64,000 bases of DNA from Acidobacteriota bacterium (GCA_028877275.1 JAPPFP010000030.1:19402-83401); one strand, 5' to 3'. Shown: positions 40,841 through 50,260, numbered from the stretch's first letter. Numbers and translations: made by a program. Notes: generated by a model from the sequence alone, not told the origin.

Positions 40841-42913
40841 TCATCGGGGCGCGTAGTACCAGATCGGCGACGACCAGGCCCGCTCCTGGATCGTCGCCGG
40901 AACGCCGGCTCGCGGCTCGACGCCGGCCCGCAGCGCGTCCCAGGTGGTCCAGCGGCAGGTCGGGTTCTCGAGCACGCGGACGTAGTAGACGGCGTCGGTG
41001 CCCGGGTCGAAGTCCGGGTCCTCCCAGACCGCGGCCAGTTCGCCCGCGCCGACGTCCTCGCTGAACGAGCAGTCGGACAGATCGACGGCCGCGCCGTTGT
41101 CGGGACAGCGATGGGTTTCCGGATCGACCGTGCCGCCGTCCGAACAGGCCACGTCGTAGACCTGCTCGCGGGTTTCCTTGCGGTAACCGCTGTCGTACCA
41201 GCCCTTGACCACCTGGAGCCGCTGCAGCGGGGCGCTGAGCCTGTCCTGCTGGGCCCAGACCAGGAAGCGGGGCGCCGCGTCGCTGTCGGCGACCAGGTCG
41301 CCGCCCATCGGCACGCCGCCGGCGTAGGCCTGTTCGATCAGGTCCGGGCTCGCCGGATCGAGGCCGTCGTAGTCGAAGCCGCCGAAGAAGCGCAGCCGGA
41401 TGCGGGTGCCGGAGGTCGCGTAGGTCTCCTTGCGGCGCATCCCCTGGAAGATGGCGTCCCGGGTGTTCTCCTCGGCCCACACCGCGGCGAGGCCGGAGGC
41501 CGAGAACTGCGCGCTCCGCATGCCGAAGTAGGGGCCGAGCTCGTCGTCGACGACGGCGCCGCGCGCCCGCGCGGCGGGCGGCAGGCCGGCGATGTAGTCC
41601 AGCCGCTCCTCCGAGACCGGCACCGCGCCCCGGTTCTCGGGACTCACCGAGGTCGGCGCGGAGCCGAAGTAGTTCGACTCGTCGAAAGAGGGCGCGCCGT
41701 TGTGGGTGTCGCTCGAACCGACGAAACCGATCTTGAACGGGTTGCCGCGACCTTCCTGCTCGAGGGCCAGACCGTTGGCCAGGGCCTGCCGCGCGTAGCT
41801 GCCGTCCGGATTGCTATGGGCGGTGATCCTGCCTTTGCGGGTGTTCAGGATCTCGAAGTTGGCCCACTCGTCGTCCGGCGAGAGCCTGGGGTGGGTCTCC
41901 GACGTGCCCTTGACCTGGGTCAGTTCGACCAGCGGCTCGTTCCGCATGCGCTGCTCGGCGAAGGCCTGGTCGACGGCGCGGCCGTCGGAGTACTTGAGCC
42001 GGAACACCTGGCCGTGGGACTGGTTGGAGTTGTGCGGGATCGCCAGGCTGTCGACGCCCTGCTCCCGCAGCCGGTCCATCCAGCTCCAGAGCTGTTCCGG
42101 CTCGTGCGAATCGATGCGGGTGAACGGCCGGGCCGGCGCCCTGGACCCAGCGAAGATGACGTTACGGTGGTACGCCGCCGACTCCGGCGCCGGCGTCGAC
42201 GAGGTCCACTCGTAGGCGATGAACGTAGTGAAGTTGCCCGGGTCGTTGTGGCGCTCGGCGGCGAGGATCGAGTCCTCCCAAGCCGAGCGGTGGGCGCCGT
42301 CGTCGAAGGACGCGTACTGCATCTGCGGATGATTCGCCATTCGCGCCCGCTGGCGCCGCAGGAAGCCGCCGTCGGTCCGCATCTGCCGGCCGAAGCGCTC
42401 GCGAAAGAGGACCGAGCGCGTCTGCACCGAGTAGGGGTGCAGGTTGTCGCCCTCGTTCACGCCGTGAAACTCCTCCGCGCCGGGAAGCTGGCCCACGCGG
42501 GTCGACGGATCGGCCCACTGGGGCACCATGCCGAGAAAGAACCCGTGGTCCGAGACAGCGAAGAAGTCGAGGGGCTCGCGGAGCTTCATCTCGTTGCCGA
42601 AGGAGCTCTCGATCGCCTCGCCCCTGGCGAACCGGTAGCTCTCGTCGGGCGTCACCTCGGTACCGAGGAGGTAGGCGTCGAAGGAGTAGCGGGTGTGGAC
42701 GTGGACGTCGCCGAAGTAGACGTTGCGCTGCTCGTTGTAGCCCTCCGTCCGCGAGGCCGGCGCGGGCGCCTCGGCGTAGTCGTCGATCGACAGGGACGTG
42801 TCCGTGCAGGCCAGGACGGCGAGGCTTAGGCCCGCCGCCAGGAACGGTCCGGCCAGGAGCCGGCCGCGGTCAGGGAACTTCGGAGAGGTCGTTCGACGCT
42901 TTGAAATGGGCAT
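40841..42913 (-). CDS. DUF3604-family (PHP-like metal-dependent) protein, lipoprotein-type signal
   Basis: 690 aa from ATG 42913 (alternative 42934). LAVLACTD signal, YFGDVHVHTRYSFDAY, as in DUF3604 proteins. The 1069-aa ORF-track form is antisense read-through into the next gene. Confidence 0.75.
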   Translation of the reverse strand: MPISKRRTTSPKFPDRGRLLAGPFLAAGLSLAVLACTDTSLSIDDYAEAPAPASRTEGYNEQRNVYFGDVHVHTRYSFDAYLLGTEVTPDESYRFARGEAIESSFGNEMKLREPLDFFAVSDHGFFLGMVPQWADPSTRVGQLPGAEEFHGVNEGDNLHPYSVQTRSVLFRERFGRQMRTDGGFLRRQRARMANHPQMQYASFDDGAHRSAWEDSILAAERHNDPGNFTTFIAYEWTSSTPAPESAAYHRNVIFAGSRAPARPFTRIDSHEPEQLWSWMDRLREQGVDSLAIPHNSNQSHGQVFRLKYSDGRAVDQAFAEQRMRNEPLVELTQVKGTSETHPRLSPDDEWANFEILNTRKGRITAHSNPDGSYARQALANGLALEQEGRGNPFKIGFVGSSDTHNGAPSFDESNYFGSAPTSVSPENRGAVPVSEERLDYIAGLPPAARARGAVVDDELGPYFGMRSAQFSASGLAAVWAEENTRDAIFQGMRRKETYATSGTRIRLRFFGGFDYDGLDPASPDLIEQAYAGGVPMGGDLVADSDAAPRFLVWAQQDRLSAPLQRLQVVKGWYDSGYRKETREQVYDVACSDGGTVDPETHRCPDNGAAVDLSDCSFSEDVGAGELAAVWEDPDFDPGTDAVYYVRVLENPTCRWTTWDALRAGVEPRAGVPATIQERAWSSPIWYYAPR

Positions 42914-42946
42914 CTCCACAGGGTAGCGCGCCATAGGATCGCGTCC

Positions 42947-44323
42947 ATGCGAATCCCATCGATGGCCCGGTTCATCCTCCTCGCCACGTTGGCGGCCACG
43001 CTCGCTCCGGCGGCGGCCGGCGCCGACGACCGCGGCGCCCTGCTCGAACGAATCGACGGACTCGTTTCCGAGTCGATGGAGGCCACGCAGACGCCCGGCA
43101 TCTCGGTCGCCGTGCAGCATCGCGGCGAGCTGGTCCTGGCCCGCGGCTACGGCCTCGCCGACGTCGAGAACCGGGTGCCCGCGACGGAGCACACGGTCTA
43201 CCGCATCGGTTCCGTCACCAAGCAGTTCACCGCGGCGGCAGTGATGAAGCTCGTCCTGGACGGGAAGGTCGCCCTCGACGACCCGATGACGAAGCACTTC
43301 CCCGACTACCCGGTCGGCCCGTTCCACATCACGGTAGGCCAGTTGCTCGATCACACCAGCGGCATCAAGGGCTACACCGAGATGCCGGCCTTCTGGGAGC
43401 AGGGCCGCCTCGACCTCGCGCACGAGCAGATGATCGAGCTCTTCTCGACCGTGCCGTACGAGTTCGAGCCGGGCGACCGCTACCAGTACAACAACTCGGG
43501 CTACTACCTCGCGGGCCTGCTGATCGAGAAGGCGAGCGGCAAGAGCTACGCCGAGTACCTCGAGGAGGCCTTCTTCCGGCCGCTCGGGATGCGGGAGTCG
43601 CACTATCTCTACAACGACCCGATCGTGGCCAACCGCGCCGAGGGCTACCGGGTCGAGGACGGCGTCCTGCTGAACGACGAACCCCTGTCCATGCACCTGC
43701 CGTTCGCAGCGGGAGCACTGGGCTCCAGCGTCCTCGACCTGGTGCGCTGGATCGTGGCGCTCGGCGCGGGCGACGTGGTGGAACTGGACGGGCTCGAGGC
43801 GATGACGACCCGGCGGCGCCTGCCCGGCGGGGACGAGATCGGCTACGGCCTCGGCCTGTTCGTCGGCGAGATGGCCGGCCGGCCGAAGATCGAGCACGGC
43901 GGCGGCATCAACGGTTTCCTGAGCCAGCTCTCCTGGTATCCGGACGACGACCTGATCGTCACGGTTCTCGCCAACTGCACCTGCGCCGAACCCGGCCCGC
44001 TGGAGGCCCGCATCGCGAGGGCCGTGCTCGGCGTGGCGGAGCCGGACCACGCTCCGGTCGCGCTGGACGAGGAGGAGCTGAAGCGCTACGCCGGCATCTA
44101 CGACTTCGGGCGGAGTCCGCTACCCGTCGCGGTGAAGGACGGCAAGCTGCTGATCGCCGGGCGAGAGACCGTGCCGATCGGCGAGCACCGCTTCGGCGGC
44201 ACACGCGACAAGGAGCAGATCGCGATCTTCGAGATGGACGATGCGACGGGGCGGGCCAGCCACCTCCGCCTCGAGCGCTGGGGTCAGGTGCAGCGCGGCA
44301 AACGCGCCGGCGCGGAGCCGTAG
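42947..44323 (+). CDS. beta-lactamase-fold serine hydrolase (class C / esterase-like)
   Basis: 458 aa. Signal peptide, S-x-x-K motif in YRIGSVTKQFTAAAVMKL, YNNSGY (YxN-like). Confidence 0.85.
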   Translation: MRIPSMARFILLATLAATLAPAAAGADDRGALLERIDGLVSESMEATQTPGISVAVQHRGELVLARGYGLADVENRVPATEHTVYRIGSVTKQFTAAAVMKLVLDGKVALDDPMTKHFPDYPVGPFHITVGQLLDHTSGIKGYTEMPAFWEQGRLDLAHEQMIELFSTVPYEFEPGDRYQYNNSGYYLAGLLIEKASGKSYAEYLEEAFFRPLGMRESHYLYNDPIVANRAEGYRVEDGVLLNDEPLSMHLPFAAGALGSSVLDLVRWIVALGAGDVVELDGLEAMTTRRRLPGGDEIGYGLGLFVGEMAGRPKIEHGGGINGFLSQLSWYPDDDLIVTVLANCTCAEPGPLEARIARAVLGVAEPDHAPVALDEEELKRYAGIYDFGRSPLPVAVKDGKLLIAGRETVPIGEHRFGGTRDKEQIAIFEMDDATGRASHLRLERWGQVQRGKRAGAEP

Positions 44324-44328
44324 CAGCC

Positions 44329-45729
44329 TCAGATGTGCCACTCGATCGTGTCGCCGTTGTAGGTCGTCGTCGCGCGCCGCGAAGGTGGCGAGACGCGGCC
44401 GTCCTGCATCTCCTCGTTCCAGCGCGCGAACGCCTCCTTCATCTTCGCGACGACGTCCGGGTTGACGGCGGACAGGTCCTCGGACTCGCCGGGATCCTCG
44501 TCGACGTCGTACAGGCGAATCCGGTCGCCCGCCATCAGCAGCTTCCAGGAGCCGTGACGGACGGCCGCGTTGGGCCCGGAGCGCCAGAACAGGTAGTCGT
44601 GCGGCGCGCCTTCCATCTCGCCTGACAGGTAGGGGATGAGGTCGACTCCGTCGAGACGGTAGCTCTCGACGTCCGGGACGCCCGCCAGGCTCGCAGACGT
44701 GGCGAAGAGATCGAGTGAGCTGATCGGGTGTTCGTAGACGGTGCCGGCCGGGATGCGGCCGGGGAAGCGCATCAGGAACGGAACGCGGATGCCGCCCTCG
44801 TACAGGTTCCGCTTGTGGCCGATCAGGGGCCTGTTGTGGATGCGCTCCGTGTCCTGCGTGGACATGGCCCCATTGTCGGAGGTGAAGATGACGAGGGTGT
44901 TGTCGGCGAGGCCGTGCTCCTCGAGCTTCGCCAGCACCATGCCGACCGCGTCGTCGAGGGCACTGACCATCCCGGCGTAGACGCGACGATACGGGTCGTC
45001 GAAGTCCGGGAACCGCTCGTAGTGCTCGTCCATCACCTGCATCGGGGCGTGGACCGCGTAGAAGGCGAGATAGAGGAAGAAGGGCTCGTCCCTGTTGCGA
45101 TCGATGAACTCGATCCCTTCGCGGGCGAGTTGCGTGGTCTGGTACTCCTTCAACTCGTCCTCCTGGCGGCCCTTGAACATGGCCACGATGCGGTCCGGGT
45201 TGCCGCGAGTCACCGGCTTCATCTCCAGCGCGTGCGCGCCCGGCCAGTTCGGGTCCACGTAGTTCATGCCGGACGGCATGCCGTAGAAGGTGTCGAAGCC
45301 GCGGTCGAGGGGATGCAGGAGCCGCCGCATGCCGAGCTGCCACTTGCCGATCGCCGCGTTCGTGTAGCCGGCGGTCTTCAGTGCGTCGGCGATCGTGCGG
45401 TGATGGATGCCGAGCGTCCCCCGGGCGGCGCCGATCGGCGGCACGGTCTGCGAGTTCAGCTCCTTGCCCCAGCGCTGCTGGTAGCGGCCGGTGATCAGGC
45501 CGTTGCGCGACGGGTTGCACACCGGCGCGGTCATGTAGCCCGAGACGAAGCGGACTCCCTGCTCACCGATCGAGTCGATGTGCGGGGTCGGGATGCTGGC
45601 GCCGCCGTAGGCCGAGACGGCGCCGTAGCCGAGGTCGTCGGCGAACAGGAGGACGATGTTCGGCGGATCCTCGGCGATGGCAGGCAACGCCAGCAGGAAG
45701 GTCAGGAGGACGGGAGTGAGCCTCTTCAT
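44329..45729 (-). CDS. arylsulfatase (formylglycine-dependent sulfatase family)
   Basis: 466 aa. Signal peptide, NIVLLFADDLGYG, C-x-P-x-R motif in TAPVCNPSRNGLITG, FTSDNG. Confidence 0.9.
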   Translation of the reverse strand: MKRLTPVLLTFLLALPAIAEDPPNIVLLFADDLGYGAVSAYGGASIPTPHIDSIGEQGVRFVSGYMTAPVCNPSRNGLITGRYQQRWGKELNSQTVPPIGAARGTLGIHHRTIADALKTAGYTNAAIGKWQLGMRRLLHPLDRGFDTFYGMPSGMNYVDPNWPGAHALEMKPVTRGNPDRIVAMFKGRQEDELKEYQTTQLAREGIEFIDRNRDEPFFLYLAFYAVHAPMQVMDEHYERFPDFDDPYRRVYAGMVSALDDAVGMVLAKLEEHGLADNTLVIFTSDNGAMSTQDTERIHNRPLIGHKRNLYEGGIRVPFLMRFPGRIPAGTVYEHPISSLDLFATSASLAGVPDVESYRLDGVDLIPYLSGEMEGAPHDYLFWRSGPNAAVRHGSWKLLMAGDRIRLYDVDEDPGESEDLSAVNPDVVAKMKEAFARWNEEMQDGRVSPPSRRATTTYNGDTIEWHI

Positions 45730-45822
45730 CGGATCGTTCCCCTTTCAAACCGCGTTTGAATCTGGTTCGCTCAGGATACATGCGACTCCGCCGAGGAACG
45801 AGTCTCCGACGAGCAAGTACGA

Positions 45823-47868
45823 TTGCCCGCCATGCGATCCACCAGACCTTCCCCGGCCCTGACCGCGCCCCTGGCGGTGGCGCTGCTGACCGCGGCCTGC
45901 GGTCCCACCGACGAAGACTGGCCCGTCTACCTCGGCGACTCGGGCCGCCAGCACTACAGCTCGCTAACCGAGATCGACCGGGACAACGTCAGTCAGCTCG
46001 AGGTCGCGTGGGTCTACGACGCGGGGGAACCGCGCGGCCCCGGCGCCACGATGTACACGAGCCCCCTGGTCATCGACGGCGTGCTCTACGCGCTGTCGCC
46101 GAAGCTCGACGCGTTCGCCCTGAACGCCGCGACGGGCGAGGAACTCTGGCGCTCCGACCTGGAGCTTCCCGGAAACGCCCAGCGGGGACTCATGTGGTGG
46201 GAGGACGGCGCCGACCGCCGCCTCTTCTACACGCACGGCAAGGACCTGATCGCGCTCGACGCCGCCGACGGCAGCCTGGTCGACAGCTTCGGCGACGGCG
46301 GCCTGGTCGACCTGACGCCGGACGTCGACCGCGCCGGCGTCATCTTCGTCACCGTGCCGGGCCTCGTCTTCGAAGACAAGCTGATCCTGGGTTTCTCGAC
46401 GAACGAGGACGCGAACGCGTACCCGGGTTCGATCCGGGCCTTCAGCGCGGTGGACGGCAGCCTGGTCTGGCAGTTCGACACGATTCCGAAGCCCGGCGAC
46501 ACCGGCGCCGAGACCTGGGCCGAAGGCTCGCTCGAGCGCGCGGGCGGCGCCAACGTCTGGACCGGCATGGCCCTGGACGAAGAGCGCGGCATCGTGTTCG
46601 CGCCCACCGGGTCGGCGACTCCCGACTTCTACGGCGCGAGCCGTCTCGGCGACAACCTGTTCTCCGACGCCCTGGTCGCGGTGGACGCGCGCACGGGCGA
46701 ACTCAAGTGGCACTTCCAGGTCGTCCGCCACGACCTGTGGGACAAGGACAATCCGTCGCCGCCGACCCTGGTCCGGCTCGAGCGCGACGGCCGCACGATC
46801 GACGCGGTAGCGATCACGACGAAGACGGGGCAACTCTACGTTTTCGACCGGGAGACCGGCGAGTCGATGTACCCGATCCACGAGATCGAAACGCCGATCC
46901 CGAGCACCCTGCCGGGCGAGGTGACGTCGCCGACCCAGCCGATGTCGGCTGTCGTGATCAGCCGGCAGGACTTCGAGATCACGAACCGCACTCCGGAAGC
47001 GCGCGCGTTCGTCGAGGAGCGGATCAAGGACTGGGACCTCCGGCCCTGGGCGCCGCCGAAGGTCGGCACCGTCCTCTTCATGCCGTGGTACGACGGCGGC
47101 GGCGAGTGGGGCGGCTCGGCGTTCGATCCGGCCAGCAACCACCTGATCGTCAACGCGAACGACGTCGCCGGCATCCTCGAACTGACCGAGGTGCCGGTCG
47201 GCTTCAGCCGCTACGGCACCTACGCGCTTCACTGCGGCCGTTGCCACGGGCAGAAGCTCGAGGGCACCGACATGGGCGGCCCCCTGCTCGGCGTCGGCGA
47301 CCGCCTGTCCCGAGGCGAGATGCGCCGGATCATCCGCGAGGGCAGCGGCCGGATGGAGGGTTTCGCGCACCTCAACCGGATCGAGCTGGGCGCGATCGAG
47401 GCCTACATCCTGTCGCCGGAGCCCGAGGAAGACGAGCCAAGAGGGGAGCTCGCCTACGCGCTCGGCGGCTACGTCTATCTCCGCGACCACGAGAACCTAC
47501 CCGGCAACTCGCCACCCTGGGGAACGCTCAACTCGATCGACCTGGCGACCGGCGAGATCGCCTGGAAGGTGCCGTTCGGCGACTACCCAACGCACCCCGG
47601 CCTCGGCTTCGGCGCGGTGAACTACGGCGGCCCCGTGGTGACGGCGTCGGGCCTCATCTTCATCGGAGCGACGCCGGACGAGATGTTCCGCGCCTACGAC
47701 ACGCGGAACGGCGAGATTCTCTGGGAGACGAAGCTGTCAGCCGCGGGCTACGCGACGCCGGCCGTCTACAGCGTGGACGGCAAGCAGTACGTCGTGATCG
47801 CCGCCGGCGGTGGCCGGACGGGCGGACCCTCGGGGGGCGAGTACATCGCGTTCAGCCTGCCGGAGTGA
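45823..47868 (+). CDS. PQQ-dependent dehydrogenase (beta-propeller quinoprotein) with an internal CXXCH heme-c motif
   Basis: 681 aa. Lipoprotein-like signal LLTAACG, DWPVYLGDSGRQHYSSL ... VAWVY, as in PQQ glucose/alcohol dehydrogenases. HCGRCHG at about residue 470. Confidence 0.85.
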   Translation: MPAMRSTRPSPALTAPLAVALLTAACGPTDEDWPVYLGDSGRQHYSSLTEIDRDNVSQLEVAWVYDAGEPRGPGATMYTSPLVIDGVLYALSPKLDAFALNAATGEELWRSDLELPGNAQRGLMWWEDGADRRLFYTHGKDLIALDAADGSLVDSFGDGGLVDLTPDVDRAGVIFVTVPGLVFEDKLILGFSTNEDANAYPGSIRAFSAVDGSLVWQFDTIPKPGDTGAETWAEGSLERAGGANVWTGMALDEERGIVFAPTGSATPDFYGASRLGDNLFSDALVAVDARTGELKWHFQVVRHDLWDKDNPSPPTLVRLERDGRTIDAVAITTKTGQLYVFDRETGESMYPIHEIETPIPSTLPGEVTSPTQPMSAVVISRQDFEITNRTPEARAFVEERIKDWDLRPWAPPKVGTVLFMPWYDGGGEWGGSAFDPASNHLIVNANDVAGILELTEVPVGFSRYGTYALHCGRCHGQKLEGTDMGGPLLGVGDRLSRGEMRRIIREGSGRMEGFAHLNRIELGAIEAYILSPEPEEDEPRGELAYALGGYVYLRDHENLPGNSPPWGTLNSIDLATGEIAWKVPFGDYPTHPGLGFGAVNYGGPVVTASGLIFIGATPDEMFRAYDTRNGEILWETKLSAAGYATPAVYSVDGKQYVVIAAGGGRTGGPSGGEYIAFSLPE

Positions 47869-47922
47869 TCGCCGCCAGACGGTGCGCCGGCACCTCTGGC
47901 CACTTTCCTCGGCAGAAATCTA

Positions 47923-47951
47923 TTGCATCCGGGGAAAAATACGGCTATTTT
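47923..47951 (+). promoter_or_regulatory. sigma70-like promoter predicting a leaderless mRNA for the AAA+ ATPase gene
   Basis: TTGCAT (47923-28), 17 nt, TATTTT (47946-51), then 6 nt to ATG 47958. No SD sequence. Locally AT-rich. Confidence 0.45.
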
Positions 47952-47957
47952 ACCCGC

Positions 47958-49115
47958 ATGTACGACCGACTGCTGGCTCCGGTTCTGCGCTCATCGCAGC
48001 GCAGCGCCCTTGTTCTCGGCCCCCGCCAGGTTGGCAAGTCGACCCTGCTGGCCACGCTCGAGCCGGACCTGGTCGTGAACCTGGCCGACCCGGGAGCATT
48101 TCGCGACTACGTAGCCCGGCCCGAGCGCCTCTCTCGGGAACTCGCCTCTGCGCCTGAGGACACGACGACGGTGTTCCTGGACGAGGTGCAGCGCGTCCCG
48201 GCTTTGCTCGATGCCGTCCAGGTGCTGCTCGACCAGAAGCCGCCACGTTTCCGGTTCCTCCTGTCCGGATCGAGCGCCCGCAGGCTACGCCGCGGACAGG
48301 CCAACCTGCTGCCGGGCCGGATCCACGTTCACTACATGCATCCGTTGCTTGTCACGGAACTCGGTTCAGACTTCGGCCTCGACCGCGTGCTGGCCCACGG
48401 CAGTCTGCCGGGCATCTACTCGGAGACGGACGACGCGACCCGTGCGCTCGATCTCCGGAGCTATGTCGACACCTACCTGCGCGCCGAGATCCAGGCCGAG
48501 GCCCTGGTGCGCGACGTCGGCGGTTTCGCCCGTCTGCTTGACCTGGCGGCGGCCGCTTCGGGCCGCATCCTGAACCTGAACTCGCTGTGCAAGGACGCCG
48601 GCATCTCCTACGAGACCGCGCGGCGATACCTGGACGTCCTCGAGGACACACTGGTTGCCTTCCGCGTCCCGGCCTGGAGCGGCTCAGACCGATCTTCGCT
48701 GGTCCGCCACGGCAAGCTCTTCCTGTTCGATCTCGGCGTACGGAACGCCCTTCTGCGCCGGCCCCTGGATCGTCCGCTCGACGACGAGCGCGGCCTGCTG
48801 CTCGAGCACCTCGTCGCCTACGAGCTGCAACGCCGGCTCGGCACGCTATGGCCGGAGGCCGCCCTCTACCACTACCGAACCCGCCACGGCGCCGAGGTCG
48901 ACTTCGTGCTGGAGGTGGGCCGCGAGGTCTGGGGGGTCGAAGTCAAGGCGAGCCGCCGTGCGGATCGCTCCGTGCTTCGCGGCTTCCGCTCTCTGGCGCA
49001 GAGGACCGACCGCCTGAGGCGCCGGATCGTCGTCTACCTGGGGGATCGACCGCAACGGATCGAGGGCGTGGAGGTGCTGCCGTTCGAAGAGTTCGCGGCG
49101 CAACTGCCGGCGTAG
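47958..49115 (+). CDS. AAA+ ATPase (AAA_14 N-domain + DUF4143-like C-domain)
   Basis: 385 aa from ATG 47958. Walker A GPRQVGKSTLL, Walker B VFLDEVQ. The C-terminal AEVDFVLE ... WGVEVKAS is restriction-endonuclease-like, as in DUF4143 proteins. Confidence 0.8.
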   Translation: MYDRLLAPVLRSSQRSALVLGPRQVGKSTLLATLEPDLVVNLADPGAFRDYVARPERLSRELASAPEDTTTVFLDEVQRVPALLDAVQVLLDQKPPRFRFLLSGSSARRLRRGQANLLPGRIHVHYMHPLLVTELGSDFGLDRVLAHGSLPGIYSETDDATRALDLRSYVDTYLRAEIQAEALVRDVGGFARLLDLAAAASGRILNLNSLCKDAGISYETARRYLDVLEDTLVAFRVPAWSGSDRSSLVRHGKLFLFDLGVRNALLRRPLDRPLDDERGLLLEHLVAYELQRRLGTLWPEAALYHYRTRHGAEVDFVLEVGREVWGVEVKASRRADRSVLRGFRSLAQRTDRLRRRIVVYLGDRPQRIEGVEVLPFEEFAAQLPA

Positions 49116-49123
49116 CGAGCCGG

Positions 49124-50191
49124 CTAGGGCGCCAGACCGTGGCGGCGCAGGAAGGAGAGCAGCAGCTCGACGGTCGCATCGCCTTCCTTCGCCATGTTCG
49201 GCCGGATCGAGTTGTGCGTGCGGTCGACCAGCCACTCGAACTCGACTTCGGCGCCCGCGGCCTTCATCGCTTCGAACATGTCGACGTTCTGCTGCCGGCG
49301 GTTCTCGGTGTCGCCGTCGGCGACGGTGATCAGCATGGGCGGCAGACCGGAAGCGACGTAGCGGATCGGCGAGGCTTCCCGGACGAGTTCCGGGTCGGCA
49401 CGCCAGGTCAGCAGGTGGCGTTCGCGGCCGGCGCGCTCGGCGTTCATCAGGCCGGTGATCGGCAGCGACACGCGAATGTCGCCGAGATCCAGATCGTGGG
49501 CGCGGAGGTAGCGCTCGTCGACCGAGAGCAGCGCCGCGATGTGGCCGCCGGCGGAGCCGCCGGTGACGGCGATGCGGTCCCGGTCGCCACCGGAGTTCCC
49601 GATGTGGTCCCAGACCCAGCGGAACGCCGCGGCCGCGTCCTCGATGTAGGCAGGGTAGGCGTACTCGGGCGACAGCCGGTAGTTCGGCGCCGCCACGAGA
49701 TAGCCGAGCGACGCGAACCGCGGTCCCAGGTCGGCGAGGCTGTACTTGTCTCCGTTGTAGAGCCCGCCTCCGTGGAAGAAGACGATGACGGGGTGCGGGC
49801 CATCGCCGGCCGGAATGTAGAGGTCGAGCTTCCCGCGGCCGCCGGCGTACTCGGGGCCCTCGGCGTACTCGAGGTTGCGGACGATCCGGATTCCGTTCGT
49901 GGTGTCCTCGGCGAAGTCCCAATTATCGGGGCCGCGCCGGGTCTTCCGGCCGCGGCCGGCGCCGCCCTTCCCGATCGCGTTGAGTTCCTCGGCTGAGAGG
50001 ATGCCGTCGTCGTCGGCGTCGAGCGCGAAGAGGAGGACGCGCCTGGCCTGGGCGGGGAGTTCGGACGCCGTCAGGGTGCCGTCCGCGTCGGCGTCCAGGG
50101 CGGCGACGAGTGCCGCCGGGCTGTCGGTCTGCGCCGGGCTCGGCGCCGGCAGGAGGGCCAAGGTCAGAACGAAGGTGAACGCACGGATCAT
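49124..50191 (-). CDS. secreted alpha/beta-hydrolase (carboxylesterase/lipase type) with N-terminal EF-hand-like pair
   Basis: 355 aa from ATG 50191. Signal peptide, DADADGTLTASEL and DADDDGILSAEEL loops, oxyanion HGGG (FFHGGGL), nucleophile elbow GGSAGG. Confidence 0.8.
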   Translation of the reverse strand: MIRAFTFVLTLALLPAPSPAQTDSPAALVAALDADADGTLTASELPAQARRVLLFALDADDDGILSAEELNAIGKGGAGRGRKTRRGPDNWDFAEDTTNGIRIVRNLEYAEGPEYAGGRGKLDLYIPAGDGPHPVIVFFHGGGLYNGDKYSLADLGPRFASLGYLVAAPNYRLSPEYAYPAYIEDAAAAFRWVWDHIGNSGGDRDRIAVTGGSAGGHIAALLSVDERYLRAHDLDLGDIRVSLPITGLMNAERAGRERHLLTWRADPELVREASPIRYVASGLPPMLITVADGDTENRRQQNVDMFEAMKAAGAEVEFEWLVDRTHNSIRPNMAKEGDATVELLLSFLRRHGLAP

Positions 50192-50220
50192 CTGGACTTG
50201 ATGGTAGCGCCACCCAGAGA

Positions 50221-50260
50221 GCCGGCCAGAAGGCCGGCGCACCGACATTCGCACCGACAG
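50221..50260 (+). repeat. REP-like hairpin, GCCGGCC stem variant (copy 8)
   Basis: GCCGGCC-AGAA-GGCCGGC (50221-50238), then a duplicated tail GCACCGACA-TTC-GCACCGACA. Confidence 0.85.

Noticed and set aside
45756-47957. N-terminal 734 codons of the 1119-aa plus-strand ORF
   Set aside because: This part is an alternative frame of the PQQ dehydrogenase gene (Arg/Pro/Gly-rich). Only the last 385 codons from ATG 47958 look like a real protein (AAA+ ATPase), and they have their own promoter.
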